Source of the DNA: a bacterium
GTDB taxonomy: Bacteria > Zhuqueibacterota > Zhuqueibacteria > Oceanimicrobiales > Oceanimicrobiaceae
Assembly: GCA_046757165.1 (NCBI GenBank)
Contig: JBHHXT010000002.1
Coordinates: 40,928-104,927, forward strand
Direction: 5' to 3'
Length of the DNA stretch: 64,000 bases
Under the pieces are notes generated by a model. It had not been told where the DNA came from. It ran no database searches and saw only the letters and a program-made list of their open reading frames with translations. The position numbers and the translations under genes were made by a program. Position 1 is the stretch's first letter. Each line of letters begins with the position of its first letter. Positions 10,485-19,727 of the stretch are shown here, piece after piece.

Positions 10485-10508
10485 CGCCGTGAGATGGAGA
10501 ATTGACCG

Positions 10509-10850
10509 TTAGATGTGATTGTAACCCGCCCGTTGAGCTGACCAAATAGATAACGACTCTCTAAACCTTCTCGTAAGGTCGTCATTATGAGTTGAAATAT
10601 ACTCACTGAACTCAGTAAAACCTATTATATCTTTTCCATCACCAAAGGGTTGAAGATATACAACCTTACAATCACATTCTCCTGGTCGAACGGATATTGA
10701 AGGAATGTATTTGCTGATTCCGACAAATGAATCCGAGTCGGCAATTTCATGGATTTGTGGCGGAACTCTGACCAATCCTATTTTTTCGAGTAGCCTAAGA
10801 AGATGATAGTACTTCCTTTTTGAGCTGGTGACGTGAAATATTTTGACCAA
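10509..10850 (-). pseudogene. AT-rich orphan ORF, probably the 3' remnant of a larger hypothetical gene
   Basis: Opposite strand to neighbours, AT-rich, TTG start without RBS, in-frame stop only 11 codons upstream (10884-10886). Confidence 0.4.
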
Positions 10851-10978
10851 CCCTGTAAGAACTTCAGAAAAGAGAAGATAAATTCAGACGCATTTTCAGT
10901 AGATTCTTTATTTGCCGAAAAACGGAATAAATTCTCTCTATCGCAGTATTATGTGTCAGGACTTAATCGTTATCATTT

Positions 10979-11590
10979 ATGCTCCAAAGCCGTGCAAAGA
11001 TGGATTCTACCAGGGACAAAGATGTATTGAGGTACGTCGAAAAAACGCTGGCGGGTGATTCGAGAGCTTTTGAACGCATCATCAGCAGGTATCAAAAACG
11101 TGTTTACTTCACGATTTTGCAAATGGTGATGAACCATGAAGACGCCAACGATGTGGTGCAAGATACCTTCATCAAGGCGTACACCAAACTCAGTACTTTT
11201 GATGAGAAATATCCATTTTACCCGTGGTTGTACCGGATCGCCGTCAACACGGCTCTCAATCATCAAAAGAAAAAAGCCCGTTCGCGCGCCCTGTCTCTCG
11301 ATGATTTGGATAACAACAACCATCATGCTGAGCTGGCCGAGTCGCCTCAGCAAATAGACAACATGGAGGGAAATGAGCTGGTTCACAAGTTGCGGGAAGC
11401 GTTGGACAGGATACCTTATGAACAGCGAACGGTTTTTGTTTTGAGAGTAAATGAAGGGTTGAGTTACCAGGAGATTAGCGACACGCTTGAAATTTCCATT
11501 GGCACTGTCATGTCCCGGTTGTCACGTGCACGCGAGAAACTAAAAAGCCTTTTACAGGCCTACCTGGAGACCAAAGATATAGAGGTTTAA
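10979..11590 (+). CDS. ECF RNA polymerase sigma factor (RpoE/SigW-like)
   Basis: DANDVVQDTFIKAY, FYPWLYRIAVN, GLSYQEIS..L.ISIGTVMSRLSRAR; start could be 11000. Confidence 0.93.
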   Translation: MLQSRAKMDSTRDKDVLRYVEKTLAGDSRAFERIISRYQKRVYFTILQMVMNHEDANDVVQDTFIKAYTKLSTFDEKYPFYPWLYRIAVNTALNHQKKKARSRALSLDDLDNNNHHAELAESPQQIDNMEGNELVHKLREALDRIPYEQRTVFVLRVNEGLSYQEISDTLEISIGTVMSRLSRAREKLKSLLQAYLETKDIEV

Positions 11591-11593
11591 GCC

Positions 11594-12718
11594 ATGAACT
11601 CTTGTCTGTACAAATCCAAGTTAGAGCCATATTTGGATCAGGCACTGTCTGTAAAGGAAATGGAAGAGGTTGCGGACCATTTCAATGATTGTCCACACTG
11701 CCTGCCCGAACTGCAGCGCCTGACTCACTGTGACTCTCTGTTCCGGCGCAATGTCGACGCGCTTTATCCGCTGCCCCCGGACGATTACTGGGAGACTCTT
11801 CCCCGGGTCGTGATGGGACGATTGGGACTGGGGCGCGAAAGATTCACTCTGCAGACGTTTCTGCAACAAACCACGAAGCTGTTCCACGTCAGGATTTTCC
11901 AAGTGGGTTTCGCGGGCGCGGTTGTCGCCATGGTTCTTTTTCTGGCCTTGCGACAATCTGAAGTGGGGCGGTCCAAGATCCTCGCTACCGCCGCAGGGCC
12001 GGGACAGGAGGAATCGACGATTTCCGGACTCGGCCACGACGCTCCACCGGAAAGCAGCGCTGCGCCCGGCGCTGAAATGGACGAATCTTCAAAGCACGCT
12101 GACCTCGAGCGGACGGTAGCCGTGCTTGCTGAAAACGAGTCGCAGACGGTCCCGCCAGACAGAGGAATCCCTGGCGGCAAGATTCGTTTTGAGCCTCCGG
12201 CCGAGATACCCGCTCGAGGATTGTTGACCATTTCTCCAACGCAGCAGGGCGAACTCGCGCCACAGCCGAATCCGGAGTTTCTGCTCACAGGTATCGATGA
12301 AGACGATGTCTCTAGTGACGATGTCACACTCAGGCCCACAATAGCGGCGAGGGGAGGGACGGTCAGCGGGTCTGCAACGGAGATAGACGTTCCCGGCCCG
12401 TCACTGAAGTTCACCGAAGAGCAGAGCGATTTCGCGGAGACTTTGTGGATTGTACAGGAAAGCGTAACGCTCAGAGAGAAGAAGAGCATTTGGCTGTCCT
12501 ACATCGCACGTGAAAAAAACAGCACCTACCGCGCGATGGGCGTCTACAATCTCGCAGTTGTCCTGGCCAAAATCGCCGGGAACACCAAAGATCCGGATGA
12601 GGCGAAGGAAGCTATTGAATTCTTCGAAAAGTATGGTTCGTCGTTGCGGCAGCAAATGGGTGACAAGAGATACGAGATGAAGCTTCGTGCCTTGCAACTC
12701 ATCTATGACTACAATTAA
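11594..12718 (+). CDS. Zinc-finger (ZAS) transmembrane anti-sigma factor
   Basis: HFNDCPHC (HxxxCxxC), single TM, long disordered linker, helical C-terminus; 3 bp after the sigma gene. Confidence 0.8.
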   Translation: MNSCLYKSKLEPYLDQALSVKEMEEVADHFNDCPHCLPELQRLTHCDSLFRRNVDALYPLPPDDYWETLPRVVMGRLGLGRERFTLQTFLQQTTKLFHVRIFQVGFAGAVVAMVLFLALRQSEVGRSKILATAAGPGQEESTISGLGHDAPPESSAAPGAEMDESSKHADLERTVAVLAENESQTVPPDRGIPGGKIRFEPPAEIPARGLLTISPTQQGELAPQPNPEFLLTGIDEDDVSSDDVTLRPTIAARGGTVSGSATEIDVPGPSLKFTEEQSDFAETLWIVQESVTLREKKSIWLSYIAREKNSTYRAMGVYNLAVVLAKIAGNTKDPDEAKEAIEFFEKYGSSLRQQMGDKRYEMKLRALQLIYDYN

Positions 12719-12781
12719 CTGTTGAAATGTTCCTCGGGGGGGGAATGGAGTCTTTGAATCCTGTTTGATTAGAGAAGTCTG

Positions 12782-14989
12782 ATGTCAACTATTCGATGGG
12801 GAGCAGGTTTTTTCTTTCTTTTTCTATTGCTGGGCTGGTCAAATCAAAGGGTAGGTGCGCAGGGATTTGTCACCCCGTTTGAGCAGGCGGATGTCCTTCC
12901 CACGCTCGAGCGGCAGGATATCGATATTTTCATCAGCAACGACATTGCTGAGATTACGGTGCGGGAGACCTACTTCAATCCGCACAACCGTGACATTCAG
13001 GGGTATTATAATTACTCCTTGCCGTCTGGAGCAGAGACTTACGATCTCGAGCTGACCATAAAGCAGGCTGCCTTCAAGGGCGATGTCCTGAAGGAGGAGA
13101 TGGCAAATGCGGTCTATCTGGACGCTTTTCGCCAGAGACATGAGCATGGATTTCTCGAGATGGTCGGCAATGAGCTTTTCCGTGCCCGCATGTATCCCAT
13201 CTTTACGCGCGGGAGGCAGGCGATAACACTTACGTACAAGCAAAAACTGCATCAGGACAACGGGCTCGTCAGGCTGGTCCATCCATTGCGGTGTAGCTCG
13301 GGCCCGGAGGTTGCGACCTCTTCCATCCTGTCGGAAAACCAGGCCTATGTGTCCATCGAATCGAGGCTACTGCCGGCTGGAACAAGTTTCACCCCGATAC
13401 CGGCGACGGCCACCAGGCAAAACATCTCAGTGGAATTGTCCTGCGATGTTGCCATCAAGAATGTTTATTCGCCCAGCCATGATATTGAGATCGATCGCCG
13501 GGGGGAACATTCAGCCCAAATCACTTACACCGGTCGCCAATTCGAGAACAGAAAACGCTTCGTGCTCTACTACGGCCTCACGAATGCCGAGGTTGGCGTC
13601 GACGTGTTGACTCACCGCGTGAGCACTTCCGAAGACGGCTATTTTATGGTTTTGTTGACGCCCAGGACGGACATTCCTGGCTTCAAGGCCAGCAAGAATC
13701 TCGTCTATGTTTTGGATGCTTCGGCAAGCATGAAGGGGGAGAAAATCAAGCAAGTCAAGTCTGCCCTGAGGTACTGCATCACCAGCCTGAACAAGGATGA
13801 CTACTTTAATGTGATTGTCTTCAGCACGGAGTCAAGAATCTTCAAGAAGGAGCTGGTGAGGGCTTCGGAATTTCGGCAGGAGGCGGTTGAGTTCATCAAT
13901 CAAATCGCGGCCGGTGGCGGAACAAACATCAACGAAGCACTGCTAACGGCTCTCAATCTGAAAGGTGGCAACGGCGGGCCTCGCCGCATCGTTTTTGTGA
14001 CCGATGGCAGGCCAACCGTCGGCGTGACCGACGTCTCCGCAATCCGCAGGAATGTCAGGACGCTGAATCGTCGAGGATACAGTGTCCACAGTTTTGGCCT
14101 TGGCTACGAAATCGATACCAGCTTATTGGATGGACTCGCCTATGACAACGGCGGCACCAGCGACTATGTCGAGCATGCCGAAGAGATCGAAACACGAATT
14201 GTTGACTTTTATCGCAGCACGAAGACCCCCGTTGTTGGTTCGATCGAATTGGACTTTGGCGAAATTGACGTGCACGAGATGTATCCGGAAGGGGTGTACC
14301 AACTCTTTGAAGGAGTTCAACTGAGTTTGCTGGGACGGTACAAAGGAGTCGGACCGACAACGTTGACCGTGACCTGCCGTGGCCACAACGACCAAACGCT
14401 TCGCCTCATGGTTCCAATTACCTTTGAGAGCGAAAATAGTGAAAACGCTTTCTTGCCACGGCTGTGGCTCAGCCGGAGAATCGGATTCTTGTTAGAGGAG
14501 ATCCGTTTCAATGAGCACGCAGAGGCATACAGGGTGACCTATGAGACGCTAAGCCGCAAAAATGCCGGTTTTCCGGGCTGGTCTGGCTATGCAAATATTC
14601 TTCGTTCGCCTATGATTGAAGAGGCTGAAAAAAACAGTACGGGTGAAAAGGCAGTCAGAGAGAGTAAGCTTCTGAGACGATTAAAAGAAGCTGAAATTGT
14701 CAGTCCGGGCAGCAAACGCACAATTCGGTACGTGGGCGGAAAGCTGTTCCACTGGAACAACGAGGGGTACTGGGTCGAAAGTGGGGTCGAGCTGGACCGG
14801 AAGGCTCTCAATATCAAATATGGCAGTGACGCGTATTTTGCCCTCCTCAATTTCTACAACGAAGCCGCGCTCTATCTTGCCCTGGGCGAAAAAGTGTATT
14901 TTAGACTTTACAAGAGTTTCATAAGAATTGATGAACATGGATTGGACGAGATTAGTAAGACAGAATTAAGGGAGATTTTGTCGTACTAA
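12782..14989 (+). CDS. Secreted VIT + von Willebrand A domain protein
   Basis: Signal peptide; VIT-like F.NP....G.Y...LP; MIDAS motif DASASM...GGTNI...TDG. Confidence 0.85.
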   Translation: MSTIRWGAGFFFLFLLLGWSNQRVGAQGFVTPFEQADVLPTLERQDIDIFISNDIAEITVRETYFNPHNRDIQGYYNYSLPSGAETYDLELTIKQAAFKGDVLKEEMANAVYLDAFRQRHEHGFLEMVGNELFRARMYPIFTRGRQAITLTYKQKLHQDNGLVRLVHPLRCSSGPEVATSSILSENQAYVSIESRLLPAGTSFTPIPATATRQNISVELSCDVAIKNVYSPSHDIEIDRRGEHSAQITYTGRQFENRKRFVLYYGLTNAEVGVDVLTHRVSTSEDGYFMVLLTPRTDIPGFKASKNLVYVLDASASMKGEKIKQVKSALRYCITSLNKDDYFNVIVFSTESRIFKKELVRASEFRQEAVEFINQIAAGGGTNINEALLTALNLKGGNGGPRRIVFVTDGRPTVGVTDVSAIRRNVRTLNRRGYSVHSFGLGYEIDTSLLDGLAYDNGGTSDYVEHAEEIETRIVDFYRSTKTPVVGSIELDFGEIDVHEMYPEGVYQLFEGVQLSLLGRYKGVGPTTLTVTCRGHNDQTLRLMVPITFESENSENAFLPRLWLSRRIGFLLEEIRFNEHAEAYRVTYETLSRKNAGFPGWSGYANILRSPMIEEAEKNSTGEKAVRESKLLRRLKEAEIVSPGSKRTIRYVGGKLFHWNNEGYWVESGVELDRKALNIKYGSDAYFALLNFYNEAALYLALGEKVYFRLYKSFIRIDEHGLDEISKTELREILSY

Positions 14990-15044
14990 CCTGAACTTTG
15001 TCGAAAAAATACAAGTTCCTCGTTAATCCCTCCTCCTTTTAGCC

Positions 15045-15080
15045 ATGAAAAAGCCGTGATAGCCATCGCGGCTTTTTCAT
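15045..15080 (+). terminator. Intrinsic terminator
   Basis: ATGAAAAAGCCGTGAT-agcc-ATCGCGGCTTTTTCAT inverted repeat with T-tract. Confidence 0.75.
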
Positions 15081-15119
15081 TTTTGCAGTTGATTTTGTGC
15101 GAATTTTTGAGTAAAGTAC

Positions 15120-16034
15120 GTGCAAGACCTTCGGATGCTCAGAGAGATGACCGTATACCACAACACGCCAGACGCCCCGTCTGTGTGCATCGAAAAGAGC
15201 GTAGCCCTCGCGTTGGAAGAGGACCTCGCGCAGATCGGGGATTTGACCTCTCAGTCTCTCCTGGATTCAAAGGTGCGAGGCCGCGCGATCATTATTGCCA
15301 GGCAGGAGGGGGTGTTTGCCGGCGGCCAGGTCGCCAGGCGGGTATTCGAAAAACTCGACCCGCAACTGTCGGTTCGGTTGGCTGTCTCAGATGGCGACAT
15401 CGTCAAGAAGGCGGAGCGGCTGTTGACCGTTGAAGGGAGTGTCGTCAGCATCTTGAGTGCGGAACGAACGGTCTTGAATTTTTTGCAGAGACTTTGCGGC
15501 GTGGCCACGTTGACAGCTCGCTTCGTTGGCAGGGTGGAGGGCACCGGAGCGACGATCCTGGATACGAGAAAAACCACGCCCGGATTGCGATTGCTGGAAA
15601 AACACGCCGTGCGCATGGGGGGTGGGAAGAACCACAGAGTCGGGTTGTTCGACATGGTTTTGATCAAGGAGAATCACATCCTGGCGGCAGGAGGGCTAAC
15701 AAATGCTGTTCGCAAAATAACGGACAGTCTGAGTGAGAAAGAGGTGCAGGTGAAGATCGAGGTAGAGGTGTCAAATCCAGAGCAAGTCAGAGAAGCCCTG
15801 CGGCTGGCCATTGACCGTGTGATGCTCGACAACATGTCCCTCGAACAGATTCGGGAGGCAGTAAACATCATCGATGGCAGAATTGAGACCGAGGTCTCCG
15901 GCGGCGTGACATTGGAAACCGTTCGACACATTGCTGAGACCGGCGTCGATTACATATCGGTCGGGGCGTTGACGCACTCGGCACCGGCTTTGGATTTGTC
16001 TCTGCTCCTGACAGAAGGAAATGGGTCGGAATGA
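15120..16034 (+). CDS. nadC: Quinolinate phosphoribosyltransferase
   Basis: AERTVLN, ILDTRKTTPG.R, NHRVGL.D, IEVEV, MLDNM, SGG, ISVGALTHSA; exact start uncertain. Confidence 0.95.
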   Translation: MQDLRMLREMTVYHNTPDAPSVCIEKSVALALEEDLAQIGDLTSQSLLDSKVRGRAIIIARQEGVFAGGQVARRVFEKLDPQLSVRLAVSDGDIVKKAERLLTVEGSVVSILSAERTVLNFLQRLCGVATLTARFVGRVEGTGATILDTRKTTPGLRLLEKHAVRMGGGKNHRVGLFDMVLIKENHILAAGGLTNAVRKITDSLSEKEVQVKIEVEVSNPEQVREALRLAIDRVMLDNMSLEQIREAVNIIDGRIETEVSGGVTLETVRHIAETGVDYISVGALTHSAPALDLSLLLTEGNGSE

Positions 16035-16447
16035 TCAAAAAAATCGACCACATTGGAATCGCTGTTGCCGACCTCGAGGCGGCGATGAAAACGTATGAGC
16101 AGCTGACCGGCAAGGGCAGTGCTCACAAAGAGACCGTCGTAGAACAACAAGTCATTACTGCATTCGTTGCCGTCGGTGAAGTCCGACTTGAACTTTTGAA
16201 GGGCATCTCGCCGAACTCGATCATCTCGAGATTTGTGGAAAAAAGGGGGGAAGGCGTGCACCACATTTGCTTTGAGGTCGAAGACCTGGAGAAAACCAGA
16301 GTGGCCTTGACCGCTGCCGGCATGCAATTTGTCGAGAATGTTTCCAGCCGTGGTGCAGGGGGGAGTAAAGTGGCCTTTATCCATCCCAAAAGCACCAGCG
16401 GTGTTCTGGTGGAGTTAGTGGAATACCCGCAAGCCCCGCAAACGTAG
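16031..16447 (+). CDS. mce: Methylmalonyl-CoA epimerase
   Basis: IDHIGIAV, GEGVHHICFEV, FIHPKSTSGVLVELVE. Confidence 0.92.
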   Translation: MIKKIDHIGIAVADLEAAMKTYEQLTGKGSAHKETVVEQQVITAFVAVGEVRLELLKGISPNSIISRFVEKRGEGVHHICFEVEDLEKTRVALTAAGMQFVENVSSRGAGGSKVAFIHPKSTSGVLVELVEYPQAPQT

Positions 16448-16448
16448 T

Positions 16449-18299
16449 ATGACGTCCCTAGCATCAGCGTCACTGCAAAAAAAACTCGATACGCTTCCCA
16501 GGAATCCCGGGTGTTACTTGTTCAAAGATAGCAACCAGAGGATTATCTACATCGGCAAGGCCAAGGTGCTCCGGCATCGCGTGCGGTCGTATTTCCAGGG
16601 AGGGCGGCTGGAAGGACCGAAGTTGTACCGGCTGAAATCCAGGATTGCGGACCTCGAGACCATTGTGACCGATACCGAAATGGAAGCCTTGATCCTCGAG
16701 ATGAATCTGATCAAGGAATATAAACCTCGCTACAATGTTAATTTAAAGGATGACAAAAGTTACCCCTATATTCGGGTCACTAACGAGCGTTTTCCGCGCA
16801 TCTTTCCAACCAGAAAAATTGTTCAGGATGGGTCTCGCTATTTTGGGCCGTACACCGATGTCGGGGCCATGCGCACCCTGCTGAAATCCGTAAAACGGAT
16901 ATTTCCGGTGCGGAGCTGTAATTATGATCTCACGGAAGAAGCCGTCGCGTGCAAGAAACATAAACTCTGCCTCGATTATCATATCAAGAAATGTGATGGC
17001 CCGTGTGAGGATCTGGTGAGCGTGCAAGACTACGACAAAATGGTCAACCAGATTGTGGGGTTCATCAACGGAAAAAACAACCAGGTTGTCACCGAGCTAA
17101 AAGAGAAAATGCTCAATCTCTCGACAACACTACGATATGAACAGGCGGGCAGGGTTCGCGACCAAATCCGCTTCATCGAGAACTTTCAGTACAGGCAGAA
17201 AGTTGTCACAGACGAATTGACCGATCGCGACATCATCGCGCTTGCTATGGAAGATGCCGATGCCTGCGGCGTGGTCTTCAAAGTGCGCGACGGGAAGATT
17301 ATAGGGCGACAGCATTTCTACCTGAACGGGGTGGAGGAGGAGCCCTTTGAGCACGTCGTTTCCGCTTTTGTCAAGCACTTCTATCTCAAATCCGAATTCG
17401 TTCCGCAGGAGATCTATCTCCCGGTCGCCATCCATGACGGTGAGGAGGTGCAGAGCTGGCTTTCAGAGAAACGCGGCAAGAAAGTCAAACTGGTGATTCC
17501 GCAAAGGGGACAAAAAGCCAAAATCGTTGAGATGGCTTTGCAGAACGCGAATTGGCTGCTCAACGAGTTACGACTGCAGAAGGTGAAAGCGCGGGATGCC
17601 CTCGAGCATAACGTGAAAGCCTTGCAGAGGGACTTACGTCTGCGGCACCCCCCACGAAGAATCGAATGTTTTGACATCTCGAACATCCAGGGCACGGACC
17701 CGGTCGCTTCAATGGTTACGTTCGTCAATGGCAAACCGAAAAAGAGCGACTACCGCAAATTCAAAATTCACGGCAAAGACACACCAGATGATTTTGCCAT
17801 GATGGCTGAAGCCATTCGCAGACGGTATAGCGGATCGTTGACTGAAAAGATGGCGAACCCGGATTTGATTCTGGTCGATGGCGGCAAAGGACAACTGTCC
17901 ACGGCGGTGGGGGTTCTGCGGGAATTGAGCCTCCATGACCAGCCGATCGCAGCACTGGCGAAGCGTTTGGATGAAGTCTTCATCCCCGGGTCACCTGACG
18001 CTCAAAACATCCCGAAGACCTCATCCGGTCTCAAGCTTCTGCAGCAGATTCGGGATGAGGCGCACCGGTTTGCCGTCACCTACCATCGCACGCTGCGAAA
18101 AAAGCGCACCCTGCAGTCCGAGCTTGATACCGTTGCTGGGGTCGGCCCTGCAAGGAGAACGGCTTTGCTGAAGTACTTTGGCTCAGTGAAGCAGATCAAA
18201 GAGGCGACCGTAGACGAGCTCGAGATGGTGGAGAGCATTCCGACAGAAATGGCCCGGAGAATCTGGGAGCATTTTCATATCCTGAAGAAACGAATATAG
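16449..18299 (+). CDS. uvrC: Excinuclease ABC subunit C
   Basis: GIY-YIG (PGCYLF..IIYIGKA), RIECFDISN, DGGKGQL, RDEAHRFA, HhH tail. Confidence 0.97.
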   Translation: MTSLASASLQKKLDTLPRNPGCYLFKDSNQRIIYIGKAKVLRHRVRSYFQGGRLEGPKLYRLKSRIADLETIVTDTEMEALILEMNLIKEYKPRYNVNLKDDKSYPYIRVTNERFPRIFPTRKIVQDGSRYFGPYTDVGAMRTLLKSVKRIFPVRSCNYDLTEEAVACKKHKLCLDYHIKKCDGPCEDLVSVQDYDKMVNQIVGFINGKNNQVVTELKEKMLNLSTTLRYEQAGRVRDQIRFIENFQYRQKVVTDELTDRDIIALAMEDADACGVVFKVRDGKIIGRQHFYLNGVEEEPFEHVVSAFVKHFYLKSEFVPQEIYLPVAIHDGEEVQSWLSEKRGKKVKLVIPQRGQKAKIVEMALQNANWLLNELRLQKVKARDALEHNVKALQRDLRLRHPPRRIECFDISNIQGTDPVASMVTFVNGKPKKSDYRKFKIHGKDTPDDFAMMAEAIRRRYSGSLTEKMANPDLILVDGGKGQLSTAVGVLRELSLHDQPIAALAKRLDEVFIPGSPDAQNIPKTSSGLKLLQQIRDEAHRFAVTYHRTLRKKRTLQSELDTVAGVGPARRTALLKYFGSVKQIKEATVDELEMVESIPTEMARRIWEHFHILKKRI

Positions 18300-18323
18300 C
18301 AAGGGCCAGGGACACCACATACT

Positions 18324-19718
18324 ATGTCACACCGCCTCTTATTGTATCTGTCGATGCTCCTCATGCCGGCCTCGCTGTTCGCCTTGGGCGATAAAGATTA
18401 TGACCCCACCACCCTGGTGTTTCCTTCCTTCTTGCACACGATGGGGATTCGAAAAGCCACAAAGATGCACTTGATGATCTACACCCGAAACCGGGTAAAG
18501 GTCAGGAATCCGCAGGGCATCGCTGTCGTGCGTCTTACGAGCTGGGATGATCCCAACAAGAAGAAGGATGATGACGAGGTGACCGGCTATGGCGTGAATG
18601 CCGGTGAAAACATCATCGTGTACAACAAATCGATGACCTCGCTCGGCTTTTACGGCAAGAATGAGACTGGCATCAAGAAACTCAACCATCCGACTGGCAT
18701 CACGGCGAATGCCCGCGGAGATGTCTACGTCGCCGACACCGGCAATCATCGAATTGTCCGGCTCTTCAACCCGAAGCAAGCGCTGAATTTCGTGCGGGCG
18801 ATCGGAGGGAGGGGAGCGCTGCCAGGCCAGTTCATGGCACCGCAGGGGATTGCTATGGATTCCCACGATATGGTTTATGTGAGTGACACGGGCAACCAAC
18901 GGATCCAGGTTCTGAGACCGGATGACCAGCTCCATCTCTGGTTCGGAGATCAGGGCGTCGAGGATGGGCAGTTGTGGCACCCAGCAGGTATCGCGGTCAC
19001 CAACGGCAAAGAAAGGTGGTCTCACTTCAAGGATGCGTTCATCGTGGTGGTGGATTTGGATGGCAAGCGGCTGCAGAAGTTCACCCTCGACGGCATGTTT
19101 GTCCGCGGTGTGCGCCTGTCGGATTTGAAGCTTGACGAGGGCAGATTTGCCTACCTCGCCCTCGATTATTACAGTAACGTCTGGGTGACCGACACGGTCA
19201 ACCACTGCATCCACAAATTTGACCGCGAGCTGAACTACCTGACCACCTTCGGGCGCAAAGGCCATGGGGACAAGGAATTTGACGAGCCGCGTGGCATGGC
19301 GATCTACAAACGATTTGGGCAGGTCTTTGTCGCAGAGAAAGAGTCAGCCCAATATTATTGGATTGGAACCGACATTCTCGATTTTGAGGCCAAACAGGAT
19401 ACAGTGGCCCGGTGGGTTGAGCTCAGTTTTTTTCTCACTGAACCTTCATATCTCACCTTGACGGTGCGGGATGAAAAAAACAAAGGAGAGATAACGGTTT
19501 TCAAACGGGCGAAGTTTTTCACCGGCCAACAATCTGTTTTGCTCGGCGGCAACTGGCAACGAATGAGCAGCTCAGGGACCCAACCTCACGACGGCAGCGG
19601 ACCTGATTTGGAACCCATGAAGTCAGGACGATATCGCCTCGAGCTGAAGGTGGAACCGACCTATTCGTCAATCAACTATTTCGCCAAAAATGTTGAAACT
19701 TCACTAGCAATTCCTTAG
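18324..19718 (+). CDS. Secreted NHL-repeat beta-propeller protein with a C-terminal FlgD/Ig-like domain
   Basis: Signal peptide; repeated P.GIA...VYVADTGNHRI; C-terminal LSFFL..PS.LTLTV.D...SGRY. Confidence 0.8.
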   Translation: MSHRLLLYLSMLLMPASLFALGDKDYDPTTLVFPSFLHTMGIRKATKMHLMIYTRNRVKVRNPQGIAVVRLTSWDDPNKKKDDDEVTGYGVNAGENIIVYNKSMTSLGFYGKNETGIKKLNHPTGITANARGDVYVADTGNHRIVRLFNPKQALNFVRAIGGRGALPGQFMAPQGIAMDSHDMVYVSDTGNQRIQVLRPDDQLHLWFGDQGVEDGQLWHPAGIAVTNGKERWSHFKDAFIVVVDLDGKRLQKFTLDGMFVRGVRLSDLKLDEGRFAYLALDYYSNVWVTDTVNHCIHKFDRELNYLTTFGRKGHGDKEFDEPRGMAIYKRFGQVFVAEKESAQYYWIGTDILDFEAKQDTVARWVELSFFLTEPSYLTLTVRDEKNKGEITVFKRAKFFTGQQSVLLGGNWQRMSSSGTQPHDGSGPDLEPMKSGRYRLELKVEPTYSSINYFAKNVETSLAIP

Positions 19719-19727
19719 ATTTTTGTC

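Noticed and set aside
12736..12743. G8 homopolymer upstream of the VIT-vWA gene as a phase-variation tract
   Set aside because: Short, with no clear promoter elements bracketing it; cannot be supported without read data
18339..19265. 308-aa minus-strand ORF
   Set aside because: Antisense shadow of the NHL gene; no motifs
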